Source: Candidatus Heimdallarchaeota archaeon (lineage in GTDB: Archaea; Asgardarchaeota; Heimdallarchaeia; Hodarchaeales; Hodarchaeaceae). Taken from it: a DNA stretch of 39,464 bases. A program made the position numbers and the translations under genes. How positions within the stretch are numbered: position 1 is the stretch's first letter; the number at the start of each line of letters is the position of its first letter. The notes beneath the pieces are model-generated. The model searched no databases. It was given only the letters and a program-made list of their open reading frames with translations, and was not told where the DNA came from. Shown one piece after another: positions 8,843 to 17,857 of the stretch. The stretch spans positions 1 to 39,464 of the forward strand of contig JBHLSH010000030.1 of assembly GCA_048881705.1 (NCBI GenBank), given 5' to 3'.

Positions 8843-11587
8843 TCAATGAACGGTGATAGGCAAATTTAAGGAAGTTTGTAAATCAGGGAATTGCATAGAG
8901 TACAACTGGAGGACATAAGAGTCAAGTTTCGTTTGGAATCTTTTTAATGTCGTTAAATTTTTGGATATCTTACGATAGTCTTGGGTAATCTTTTGGGGTA
9001 TCGGAGGGGGGAAGAGGCTAAGAAGATTATTCGATGTACAGGCTTGGATAAAGCGTCTTTGATTTGGGAAGGATTCTTTAGCTTGTAAGTGGCCAATCTG
9101 GATTTGATTCCAAAGCTTCCTTAACAAAGTTCCCGTTTCTTTGCCCATATAATTTAGCGAGGTGACAGTTTCTTCGATACTATTTATAAGCTTGTTTTGC
9201 TTTTCATTCTGTTTATCGAGTACGATTATTGGAAATCTTTTCAAAGCACTAACTCTAATTTGAGGGTATCGTCTGAATCCCCTCTTTCTTATTATATTAA
9301 GCTCTTCTCCAATCCATTTACCTATTCTAGAGTTCAAAATTCCTAGTATTATTTCAAAAGAGTAAGGAGGTATTACATTGTAAATAACATGAAGATTTCT
9401 GAGGGCAAAATAACCCTGATTATCATAAACCGAAATGAATTCGGGGGCCGTTTGTCGAAGAACAATCTTTGGTTCAGTAAACCTTTTGATATTTCCCGAA
9501 ATTAAAAGGACTCGCTTTCCCGTAATGGAAATATCTTGATTAGTATTACGGAGATGTTCCTCGAAGTCCTTATTGACACGGACATAAGAGTTGGGACAAT
9601 GGGGAACCCAAAAGAGAATAAATGGATGAGGAACACCACTTGCACCATCCAGGACAGGAAAAAAATCTTTGGAAGGTTCTGACGAAAGAAACCGAGATTT
9701 TAATAAACTACCATATTCCAAACCACAGGCAATTTTTGCTATATCGCCAAGGAATGTCGTTTCCGAGAATAACGTGTCCAATTGATACTTAAACTGGTTA
9801 TAGGTTAAAGAAATATGAGGTTGAGAAAGGAAGTAACTACAATTCACCTTCAACTTACCATGGTCAATTGTTTCCCTCCATGTAACGGATTTGTCCTTGA
9901 GTTCAAGCTTCTCTTTGCTAATTACAATAGTACCAAGGTCAACAACAGCATCTATGTACTTGAAGTGCCCTAGAACTGATAAAATCGTGTAATGTTGAAT
10001 AAGATGACTCCTTATGCCGTTATATGATGGTAAATCAAAAAAAACTGAGTCGACTACAAAACCAACCAATCCCGATGAAGCTTGTGTTACATACTGCAAG
10101 GCCAACCCTAAAAATATACAGTAAGAGTTAATCCTTCTTTGAGTAAATTTGGGAATCAGTGATTGAAGCTCTGTAATTTCCTCGCGGGAATAAATCGATT
10201 GAGTAAATCGACTGTGAAGAGCTCCAAATGGCGGATTAGAAAGTATAATACCATATTTTTCATTTTTCATTTTATTTTGGGTTGCTTTTAAGAATTGGCG
10301 TACAAAATCGCGATTTCTAAACTTTTTCAGTTCGATGAAGTCTGAATTCCTGGATTGGTACTCTCCACAGAACGCGTTAAGAAAAGATCGACCATTTTCG
10401 ACAGCGTTAATGTCTATGTCGTTTCCAAATAGACAGTCATCATAGATCTGTTTACGTAACTCTATGAATGAACATGATCCAGTTAAATAGTCACAATTTA
10501 GTAGTAATAAGGGTACTAGGCCTTCCAAGAAAACAATCAGTAAGATTCCAGTTCCCATAGCTGGATCAAAAACACGAAGATCTTTTATCGGAGGGAAAAA
10601 TCCCCGGTTCTCGTATATTAGAAGAACTTCAACCACTAATGACTCTGCAAGAGGTAATGGAGTATATCGTCCCTTTGCTAGCGTTTTCTGCGAAACGGGC
10701 GATATATATTCAAGAAAATTTACTGGTTGTATCTCTAAGAGGTCCATCAAAGAATGATCAAGCTCAAGTTCTGTAGGGATGATATTAAACGATGTTTCCT
10801 CCGAAGAAGGGATCTTTTTACTCAGAAGGTATGTTCTAATCTCCGAAAAATAGGATTGAATCCCCTCTTTTCCCCTTAATGTAGCCTTTCCATCTTTGTC
10901 TCTTAAGAGGTGTTCAAAATGCGTCAGTATGCTTCGTTGAACGCTGATTAATTCAAAGAGAAGTTTTATAATTCCGTCGTTCGTTCTGTTGGTATCTGTC
11001 TCTGAATACAAATCACTTTTTTTAGAAATTTCACGAATTAGATTGGTTATAACTGATTTTCCACGTTTGACAGTTTTCCAACGTTTCTTTGGAGTGTAGA
11101 GATTAAATTGCGAAGGATCTGACAACAAAATCCCTAATAGGACCAAACGTAGGGCTGGTATCAAAGGGACCCAGGTTAATAATCCAGATTTTTCCGAGGT
11201 AGTAGCAAACACATATGTTGACTTGCTTGAATGCAAGATTAAGTATGAGTTGCCAGTTCTGTACAGCTCATCCAGAATGACAGATAAGTATTTTGAAGAT
11301 TTAACCGCAAAAACGCTCCAAATTTCATCCTGACAATTCAATACGGAAATTTTCTCTTTTCTCCAAATCTCAAAGGAGTGCACCCTGTTTGGTTTCCATC
11401 CTCCTTCTTGGAGAAGAATCTTTAATGAAATGCTTTTAGATAGGAGAGAAATAAAGCGAAGAGATTTATTGTCACTGAATGTGTTACTCTCGATAATACA
11501 TAACTGGTCCTTGAAAGATAATGCCGAGATTAGCGAGAATGGAACTGGTTCAAACCCAAATAGAGAATATGATAACTCTGGCTTCAT
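8843..11587 (-). CDS. Gamma-class N6-adenine DNA methyltransferase (Eco57I/TaqI-like, type IIG architecture)
   Basis: YTP, motif I FDPAMGTG, motif IV NPPF, and a TaqI-like target-recognition region (KIVLRQT...ILNS). The N-terminus lacks a recognisable PD-(D/E)xK motif. Confidence 0.85.
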   Translation of the reverse strand: MKPELSYSLFGFEPVPFSLISALSFKDQLCIIESNTFSDNKSLRFISLLSKSISLKILLQEGGWKPNRVHSFEIWRKEKISVLNCQDEIWSVFAVKSSKYLSVILDELYRTGNSYLILHSSKSTYVFATTSEKSGLLTWVPLIPALRLVLLGILLSDPSQFNLYTPKKRWKTVKRGKSVITNLIREISKKSDLYSETDTNRTNDGIIKLLFELISVQRSILTHFEHLLRDKDGKATLRGKEGIQSYFSEIRTYLLSKKIPSSEETSFNIIPTELELDHSLMDLLEIQPVNFLEYISPVSQKTLAKGRYTPLPLAESLVVEVLLIYENRGFFPPIKDLRVFDPAMGTGILLIVFLEGLVPLLLLNCDYLTGSCSFIELRKQIYDDCLFGNDIDINAVENGRSFLNAFCGEYQSRNSDFIELKKFRNRDFVRQFLKATQNKMKNEKYGIILSNPPFGALHSRFTQSIYSREEITELQSLIPKFTQRRINSYCIFLGLALQYVTQASSGLVGFVVDSVFFDLPSYNGIRSHLIQHYTILSVLGHFKYIDAVVDLGTIVISKEKLELKDKSVTWRETIDHGKLKVNCSYFLSQPHISLTYNQFKYQLDTLFSETTFLGDIAKIACGLEYGSLLKSRFLSSEPSKDFFPVLDGASGVPHPFILFWVPHCPNSYVRVNKDFEEHLRNTNQDISITGKRVLLISGNIKRFTEPKIVLRQTAPEFISVYDNQGYFALRNLHVIYNVIPPYSFEIILGILNSRIGKWIGEELNIIRKRGFRRYPQIRVSALKRFPIIVLDKQNEKQNKLINSIEETVTSLNYMGKETGTLLRKLWNQIQIGHLQAKESFPNQRRFIQACTSNNLLSLFPPPIPQKITQDYRKISKNLTTLKRFQTKLDSYVLQLYSMQFPDLQTSLNLPITVH

Positions 11588-13387
11588 TTATCGGCCCTTG
11601 TTTTTCCGAGCCAGCTGACGAGTGTATAATTCTCCAGCTAGATTTCTAAGTGTTCTATCCTTATCAAAGAGGATTACTTTCTCTAGGGCCTCAAGAACAA
11701 GAGTGATTTCGTTTCCTTGATATTCACCCAGTTTGTGGATGCTATTTAGCCGCTCTAACATATTTTCGGCTCCAGTAGCCTGCCGGACAAGTTGTTCCAA
11801 TCCGTTTACCTCATCTAGACGGTCAGCCGGCGGAATGAGAAGGGGTAGTTTAATCGTAACCTTGGTACCTTTCTGATATCCGCTTGACGAGACTGTTAGT
11901 TCTCCACCATGATCTTCAATGATCTGCTTTGTCAGATAGAGGCCAAGGCCGAGACCAGAGTGACTGGGATGAAATGTCATAAATGGTTTTCCAACATCCT
12001 GTAATTGATCAGGTTGGAATCCGATTCCATCATCTTCAACAACTAGAATCAGGTTCTCTTGCAGGTTATCTCTCGTAACTCTGATGGATATATTTCCATG
12101 ACCAGTATAATGTATGGCATTTTCAAGAATATTACGAATGGCTTGAGACATTTTGTTATGATCTAGATTCACTAAGTGAGGAATTGCGGGTATCTCGACT
12201 GAAACATGTACCCTATATTCTCGCAAAAGATGTTGGATTTCGTCGATACTCCTTTGTAACAGTGGCATGAAGTTTTCTCCCCTGAGATGGCACCGTATTT
12301 TTCCCTTATATCTTAATGCGATACTTGAATTCAAATCTTCAATTAGATCCATCATTCTATTAAGATTTCGCTTAAAAATTTCTAACATCCGGTTTTCCAA
12401 TGATTCTTTCTCTGAACCTTGGAGCCCATGTTCAATTTTCTTGACATAAAAGTCAAAATTTGCCTTCAATGTGGCCAAAGGAGCGCGAAATTCGTGTTGG
12501 GTTATTGTTAGAAAATCAAACTTCATATCATTAAGCAAACGGATATTAGAAACGTCGATCAGCACTCCAAGGATAATTGAGTCCGATTCTGTATGACTCC
12601 TCTTAAAAGTGGCATAAACGGGAAGTCTAGTACCATCTTTTTTCATTAAATCAAATTCTGTGGGATTTTCTATGATCTGTTCGGAATTTGGGACATTCGG
12701 AGTTTCTGGTAACGTAATCTGTTTCCTTTTGCTTTCTAGAATCAATCTTGCAATCTTTTGACGATGTTCAGGGGCTATGAAGAAGGTTGGCATGCTAAGA
12801 TACTTGTCGAATTCGTTTCGCTGATAATCTAATTTGTCCAGGAAAGCTTGATTGTAATAATCGATTACCCCGTTCTTCACAATGAAAAGGAAGTCGGGGG
12901 CATTATCTATTAAAAACTTAAACTGTTCTTTCTCGCTTTCTAAAACCGTTAAATGACGTTTTGTCTTGCCAATGTCCCTAATAATCACGATTTCCCAAGT
13001 TCCATTATTATCTAGGCTTGCTGTCCTCAGCTGTACCCAAGTTGGAGTTCCATCAGTATATTGGGCCTTCCACTCGGATAATTTCGGTAATGATTCAGAA
13101 GAATCTATTAATTCTAGAAACCTCGGTATTTCAGAAGGATCTAGAAGCTCTAAGAAGATTTCTATGGACGGAGGAATAGCAGATGACCCGAAATCCGTTC
13201 GCGCTTTGCTATTGAGAAAAACTGGCCTGCGTTTGTGCAAAACAACAATCCCAGCTGGAATTTTATCTAGAAACACTGAATCAAAGGGTAAACTGCCTAT
13301 TTCTTCAGGGTTCTTTGTATCTTCCATTAGATTTCCCAATTTTCTTATAACGAAACTTCTTCCAGGTCCTATCAAACGATTTCGCAT
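11588..13387 (-). CDS. Cytoplasmic PAS-PAS sensor histidine kinase with a C-terminal HEAT-like repeat (true start may be the downstream MEDTKN)
   Basis: H-box QHEFRAPL, N-box NILENAIHY, G1 EDDGIGF, G2 GLGLGL. Two PAS domains and no TM segment. Confidence 0.92.
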   Translation of the reverse strand: MRNRLIGPGRSFVIRKLGNLMEDTKNPEEIGSLPFDSVFLDKIPAGIVVLHKRRPVFLNSKARTDFGSSAIPPSIEIFLELLDPSEIPRFLELIDSSESLPKLSEWKAQYTDGTPTWVQLRTASLDNNGTWEIVIIRDIGKTKRHLTVLESEKEQFKFLIDNAPDFLFIVKNGVIDYYNQAFLDKLDYQRNEFDKYLSMPTFFIAPEHRQKIARLILESKRKQITLPETPNVPNSEQIIENPTEFDLMKKDGTRLPVYATFKRSHTESDSIILGVLIDVSNIRLLNDMKFDFLTITQHEFRAPLATLKANFDFYVKKIEHGLQGSEKESLENRMLEIFKRNLNRMMDLIEDLNSSIALRYKGKIRCHLRGENFMPLLQRSIDEIQHLLREYRVHVSVEIPAIPHLVNLDHNKMSQAIRNILENAIHYTGHGNISIRVTRDNLQENLILVVEDDGIGFQPDQLQDVGKPFMTFHPSHSGLGLGLYLTKQIIEDHGGELTVSSSGYQKGTKVTIKLPLLIPPADRLDEVNGLEQLVRQATGAENMLERLNSIHKLGEYQGNEITLVLEALEKVILFDKDRTLRNLAGELYTRQLARKNKGR

Positions 13388-13551
13388 TAATATGAATTGG
13401 AAGTGAAATTTTTCATTGGAATTCCGAGGTTACGTAGTCAGATCAATTAATCGGTATATTTTTTTAATAGCTTCCCGAATTCTCGAATTGTTATTATAAC
13501 TTTGGAGCATGGATCTAGAAAGATGGATTGTAACGGTAGATCTCTCCTTTA

Positions 13552-14220
13552 ATGATTTATTTCGATTTATGGAGGTATCCGATATTGCTAGAACGATTAA
13601 AAGAGCTTGAAGTGGCTCAAGACTTCGCTAGTATGATAGAAGAACTCAAGAAGCACGAAACTGAGGCAACTCAGGCGTATACGCGGCTTCAGTCAGTTAT
13701 ACAAGATGAAAATATCCTTGGAATCTTAAAGGCTCTGGAGGAAATATCTGTATCCATAACTTCATTATTAAGGCACTGTTCCACGTTATTGGGAGAAGCA
13801 GAATTTGTTGAAGCTCCAACACTTTCTGAAACCTCGATAGATGCTGGTAGCAGTATACCAACGGGTATTGAGCCCGTTCGGGACAGGGATGACGTTTTTT
13901 CTTTAACCAGTTTGAGGATCCTATCAGAAGAATTCCCGAAAATCGAAGTAACCTCTGATGATACTAGAGTAACAGCAAGATTTTGGTTTATTTCAGAATC
14001 TGGGGAGCAGCTAGCTGTAGAACGGACAAAGAGCGAAAAAGAAACCTTTGGTAACGTTTTACTGAGCGTTCTTAATGAAGTGAAGGCAAAACCTGAAGAA
14101 AAGTTCTCTGTAGCTCCATTGGGATTCGAAAATTTGCTACAGTATCAGTTTCATAATTCAATTGGCAGTTTGACCAAATCCTATAGCGAGGACTTCACTT
14201 TAATCAAGTTATTTAACTAG
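13552..14220 (+). CDS. Hypothetical protein (helical N-terminus, linker, alpha/beta C-terminus)
   Basis: 222-aa ORF on the same strand as the downstream cluster, with protein-like composition. Confidence 0.7.
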   Translation: MIYFDLWRYPILLERLKELEVAQDFASMIEELKKHETEATQAYTRLQSVIQDENILGILKALEEISVSITSLLRHCSTLLGEAEFVEAPTLSETSIDAGSSIPTGIEPVRDRDDVFSLTSLRILSEEFPKIEVTSDDTRVTARFWFISESGEQLAVERTKSEKETFGNVLLSVLNEVKAKPEEKFSVAPLGFENLLQYQFHNSIGSLTKSYSEDFTLIKLFN

Positions 14221-14254
14221 CGATATTGGATTGTACAGTTACTGAAAGGACAAG

Positions 14255-14506
14255 ATGGTGATTGGAATGACAGAAGAATATGAAGAAAACCCTATTACAT
14301 CAACTATTGAGGTAGAGGTTCCTAAGTCTTTTATTCTTGTAATGGATAGATTGACTAATGCGGGATACTACTCCTCGCAATCAGATATTGTTAGACAGGC
14401 CCTTATCGATCTCTTCTTTGACAAATTAGACATGGATTTCTTTGAAATTGATCCAGATACCTTTGCCTTTGATACATCAAGTTTTGAGGACGATGAAGAC
14501 ATATAG
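14255..14506 (+). CDS. Ribbon-helix-helix (CopG/Arc/MetJ) DNA-binding protein with an acidic tail
   Basis: TIEVEVPKSFILVMDRLTNAGYYSSQSDIVRQALIDL matches the archaeal RHH pattern (V.lp......lD.Lv..G.Y.sRSe.vR.Al). Confidence 0.8.
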   Translation: MVIGMTEEYEENPITSTIEVEVPKSFILVMDRLTNAGYYSSQSDIVRQALIDLFFDKLDMDFFEIDPDTFAFDTSSFEDDEDI

Positions 14507-14515
14507 GATCTCGTT

Positions 14516-14794
14516 ATGTCTATGACAAGGGTAAAAACAATACTTTTCGCCAGTCTTCGAGACTTTGGACCCAATAATCTTCGTGAAGGCGAAATAATAG
14601 ATTTGGATCTTGAGAATAGTTCTGCCACAGTTGAAGATCTTCTGAAAGCCCTCAAGATTCCCAGAAATTTGGCAAGGGTCGTTATGATAAACGGTGAACG
14701 CATAAATAGATTGGATCGGAAGCTTCATTCTGATGATACCGTCATGGTGTTCCCCCCTATTGGCGGGGGATTCTGCTTCAATAACATTGGTTAG
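14516..14794 (+). CDS. MoaD/ThiS/SAMP family ubiquitin-like (beta-grasp) protein with a C-terminal extension
   Basis: VKTILFASLR, TVEDLLKAL, VMING, LHSDDTVMVFPPIGGG, followed by an extra FCFNNIG. Confidence 0.88.
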   Translation: MSMTRVKTILFASLRDFGPNNLREGEIIDLDLENSSATVEDLLKALKIPRNLARVVMINGERINRLDRKLHSDDTVMVFPPIGGGFCFNNIG

Positions 14795-14906
14795 ACGAAG
14801 AGAAATTAAAGGTAGCATAGACGAATGGCAAATTGTCTAAAAATAGACGAGTTTCAATCTCGGTAACCTATTTGAATAGGGAGACTGAAGTGAAGGTTGG
14901 AAGGAA

Positions 14907-15413
14907 ATGGTCAAAGACATCAATATTATTCTAAAAGAGATACTTAGAGAAGGTAAAAAGACTCCTGGTGAATGGAAAGCTCTCGCTGCTCCCACTCCCG
15001 ATCGATCTGGATCAGATCTCTTGATTTTTCATCCCACACTTGGTCCAACTTATCAAATAAGAGCCTACGAAAAAAACCCGTTAAATATTCAAGGATTGGG
15101 GACAAAATTATCCCGAGACGTTGACGAGAGATTTCTCCAGTTGCTAGAGGATAGAAAGACAGGAGGGAATCTTGGTATCATAAACTTAAATTTCCGAGAG
15201 CTACAAAATACCATGATGGAGGGGATTCCATTTGAGCGGATCTTTCTAAAGGCTCTACAGGGGGAAAAAAATCGAGGAATGGATTTTCTTAATTTGGGCG
15301 GCCACACTTTAGCCCAGTCGCCGATTCCCATTTTAACAAAGGCACAGGAAAGATTAGATTCCAAATACAAGCGTCTTGTTAAAGAAGATGGAAAAACAAA
15401 TATGTATGGGTAA
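14907..15413 (+). CDS. Conserved archaeal hypothetical protein
   Basis: WKALA...DLLIFHP...YQIRAYEKNP...G.GTK.SR.VD resembles, from memory, an uncharacterised family seen in haloarchaea (unverified). Confidence 0.7.
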   Translation: MVKDINIILKEILREGKKTPGEWKALAAPTPDRSGSDLLIFHPTLGPTYQIRAYEKNPLNIQGLGTKLSRDVDERFLQLLEDRKTGGNLGIINLNFRELQNTMMEGIPFERIFLKALQGEKNRGMDFLNLGGHTLAQSPIPILTKAQERLDSKYKRLVKEDGKTNMYG

Positions 15414-15494
15414 TTCTCTCTTCTACTCTACAGCAAGGACTCTTATAAGAGGGAAAAAATTCCGAAAAACTTTCAAAACAAAACTCATCTTCTT

Positions 15495-16310
15495 TTGGTG
15501 TTCAATAAGGTGACCATAATGTGGCAAGAAGAGTACCAGAACCTTCTCCAAGAGTTTGTGAGCGCCGTTGAAGATGAACTTCTCCAATACGTTAGACAAT
15601 TGTCCGTTTTTGGTTCATATCAGAAAGAACAGACTAGTGGCCCAGGTTGGATTATACCAGGCACAAGTGACCTCGATCTGGTACTTGTGGTAGATCTTGA
15701 GGACATTAATCCCGAAAAACACACACGTCGTCTTGCAAAGATAGGTGAGGCGTTATCTGTGTTTTTTGTACATCCTGTATACGCTCCAATCCTTGATCTT
15801 ACCCTATTAGAATTTCAAGACCTCCCAGTTTCCCAGGGTATGGTTTTTTCGCCCATACATGCGGTTTCTTGCTCCTCCCAAGGTGAGGTACTCCTCGGGA
15901 AAAATGTTCTTGCGGATACATCGTATTCAGAGAAGATGCTCAACAGATGCGCCAAAACCTCAATAGCTCAGGGATTAGAGAGTATTAAATCAGGTTTTTT
16001 ACACAGAACGGTCTTCGGAGATCATCAACTGACGTATGAATTTGCTGAAATAATACTTGACATGACCCATTCAGCTCTTGCGGCACAGGGAGTCTTCAAT
16101 TTGGTACGTTCCGAAGTTCCTGAGAAGTTTGAAATGATTATTGGAGACAAAATGGAGTTCGATGGTGGCATAGATATCGTTTATGAAGCTAAAAAGTGGA
16201 GGATGGGAAGTCAAAAAATGAAGAATGCAGATTTCTTGGTGGGATGTCTCAATTTCTCCCAGGCCTTGAACAAGTTTATACGTAACCCGTTTGTGATCGC
16301 ACAGCAATAA
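15495..16310 (+). CDS. Nucleotidyltransferase (Pol-beta superfamily) with a C-terminal helical domain (start may be ATG 15519)
   Basis: VFGSY...SDLDLVLVV (GS plus DxD), a third Asp in LDLT, then a helical-bundle C-terminus. Confidence 0.8.
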   Translation: MVFNKVTIMWQEEYQNLLQEFVSAVEDELLQYVRQLSVFGSYQKEQTSGPGWIIPGTSDLDLVLVVDLEDINPEKHTRRLAKIGEALSVFFVHPVYAPILDLTLLEFQDLPVSQGMVFSPIHAVSCSSQGEVLLGKNVLADTSYSEKMLNRCAKTSIAQGLESIKSGFLHRTVFGDHQLTYEFAEIILDMTHSALAAQGVFNLVRSEVPEKFEMIIGDKMEFDGGIDIVYEAKKWRMGSQKMKNADFLVGCLNFSQALNKFIRNPFVIAQQ

Positions 16311-16392
16311 AGCCAATATTCCCTAATTCAATGGAAAGGTCTAGCATTTTTTATAAATTCAATAGCAAAGTCGTGTTTGAGTTTGTAGGTCC

Positions 16393-17109
16393 ATGAAATC
16401 GAGTTTCTCACATAAACGACCTCTCGTGAAACAACGGATAGTCTTGTTACGGCTTGATAAACTCCTCCCGCATGAGCAAATAGTCAACAGCCATGTCGAC
16501 TTTCTGAAGGATAGTCTAAGCAAAACAAAGCTATTCATAAGGCCAATTGTCGTTGCAAAGGGTTATAACGTTATCTTAGATGGACATCATAGGGTTGCCG
16601 CGCTACAAGAACTGGGTTACCGAAAAATCCCATGCGTTCAAATACCTAATTATCTAAAAACTGATAAAATTGTTTTGGGTACTTGGTACCCCGTGTATAA
16701 AGGAAATTCGATAACGAATAATACCCTCTTAGAAGGTTTTGTAACAGAAAACATTGAATGGAAAGAGGTTACCGATTTTGATCCTTCTCTACTATTGGAA
16801 CCCGAAGTTGCGTTTATACTGGTGACTCGAACGAATTTCTTTCAGTTATTTGGTGATCAAAAAGCACTTTACAATAATTTTTTGGATCAATGCGATCCAA
16901 AAACCATAGATTATGTCAAAACTATCGATTATGCGGTTGAGGCGGTCAAAAAGGGAAAAGGAAGATTCGCTCTTCTACGTAAAGCGCTTACAAGAGAGGA
17001 TGTTATTGAAATAACGAAAAACCATAATGTATATGCTCCTAAGACAACTCGGCACATTCTATCCTTTAGATATCAAGATATCCGCGTTCCACTCGAAAAG
17101 TTAAAATAA
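16393..17109 (+). CDS. serK: ADP-dependent free L-serine kinase, SerK family (ParB/sulfiredoxin fold)
   Basis: PHEQ, DGHHR, TWYP and RKALTREDV...PKTTRHIL.F...I.V.LE.L are shared end to end with Thermococcales SerK as I recall it; similar length (~240 aa). Confidence 0.8.
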   Translation: MKSSFSHKRPLVKQRIVLLRLDKLLPHEQIVNSHVDFLKDSLSKTKLFIRPIVVAKGYNVILDGHHRVAALQELGYRKIPCVQIPNYLKTDKIVLGTWYPVYKGNSITNNTLLEGFVTENIEWKEVTDFDPSLLLEPEVAFILVTRTNFFQLFGDQKALYNNFLDQCDPKTIDYVKTIDYAVEAVKKGKGRFALLRKALTREDVIEITKNHNVYAPKTTRHILSFRYQDIRVPLEKLK

Positions 17110-17162
17110 AATCCTTTAGCTGATCTAAAATTATATCAGGAACTTTTAATTGGAGACACTAT

Positions 17163-17753
17163 ATGCAAATCGAACTAATCCAATATACCTCAACAAAAGG
17201 AATCGAGGAGGCAATGAAAACGTCCCGTCGTCGTGACCACATCGATGATATTCCACAAAAGCTATTCACCTGGGGCCATTGGAGTGTCCTAGAACATAGC
17301 TCAATGACTGTCAAGATCCGTGGAATCAGTAGGGCCTGTTCTCATCAATTAGTAAGACAAAGGATAGGAGTAACCTTTACTCAGGAATCTCAAAGATATT
17401 TTGATCCATTGGCTGACCCCGATTGGTATGTAATCCCGCCAAAAATTTCCCAAGATCCTGAGTTAAAACAGATATTTACTAAGGCACGGGAGGAAGAGGC
17501 GGCTGAATATCGTGCTTATCGTGAGAAGGGAATTGAAAAAGAAGATGCACGTTTTTGCCTATCAAACGCATGTAAAACGATACTTACATGGACATTTAAT
17601 ATGTCATCTTTGATATGGTTTTTGGAACAAAGACTTCAAAGAGGCGCTCAATGGGAGATCAGGGCCGTAGCGCAGAAACTTTATGACCTTGCTATGTCTC
17701 TCCCTGAATGGGCTGAGTATCTAGAGCACTGGAAGCCCAAGAGCCGTCGTTAA
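17163..17753 (+). CDS. thyX: FAD-dependent thymidylate synthase
   Basis: GHWSVLEH, ISRACSHQLVRQR...QESQRY, EDARFCL and AQWEIR motifs. Confidence 0.88.
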   Translation: MQIELIQYTSTKGIEEAMKTSRRRDHIDDIPQKLFTWGHWSVLEHSSMTVKIRGISRACSHQLVRQRIGVTFTQESQRYFDPLADPDWYVIPPKISQDPELKQIFTKAREEEAAEYRAYREKGIEKEDARFCLSNACKTILTWTFNMSSLIWFLEQRLQRGAQWEIRAVAQKLYDLAMSLPEWAEYLEHWKPKSRR

Positions 17754-17857
17754 ATCCTGTAGATGGGTCGTTATACACTTTCGGGATAAAGCGCTGGTCA
17801 TATCGAAGCTTGATCAAATTAATGAGTCCTCTATAATCCATTTGTCCTGGGATATTG

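Noticed and set aside
6669-11587. Interpretation as a complete, active restriction-modification or type IV defence system
   Set aside because: Neither candidate nuclease region shows the catalytic acidic residues, and no defence-island context is visible.
12966-13406. 146-aa plus-strand ORF
   Set aside because: Antisense to the histidine kinase.
14751-14770. TCCCCC...GGGGGA hairpin at the Ubl 3' end, considered as a recoding signal
   Set aside because: Fully explained by Pro-Pro and Gly-Gly-Gly codons.
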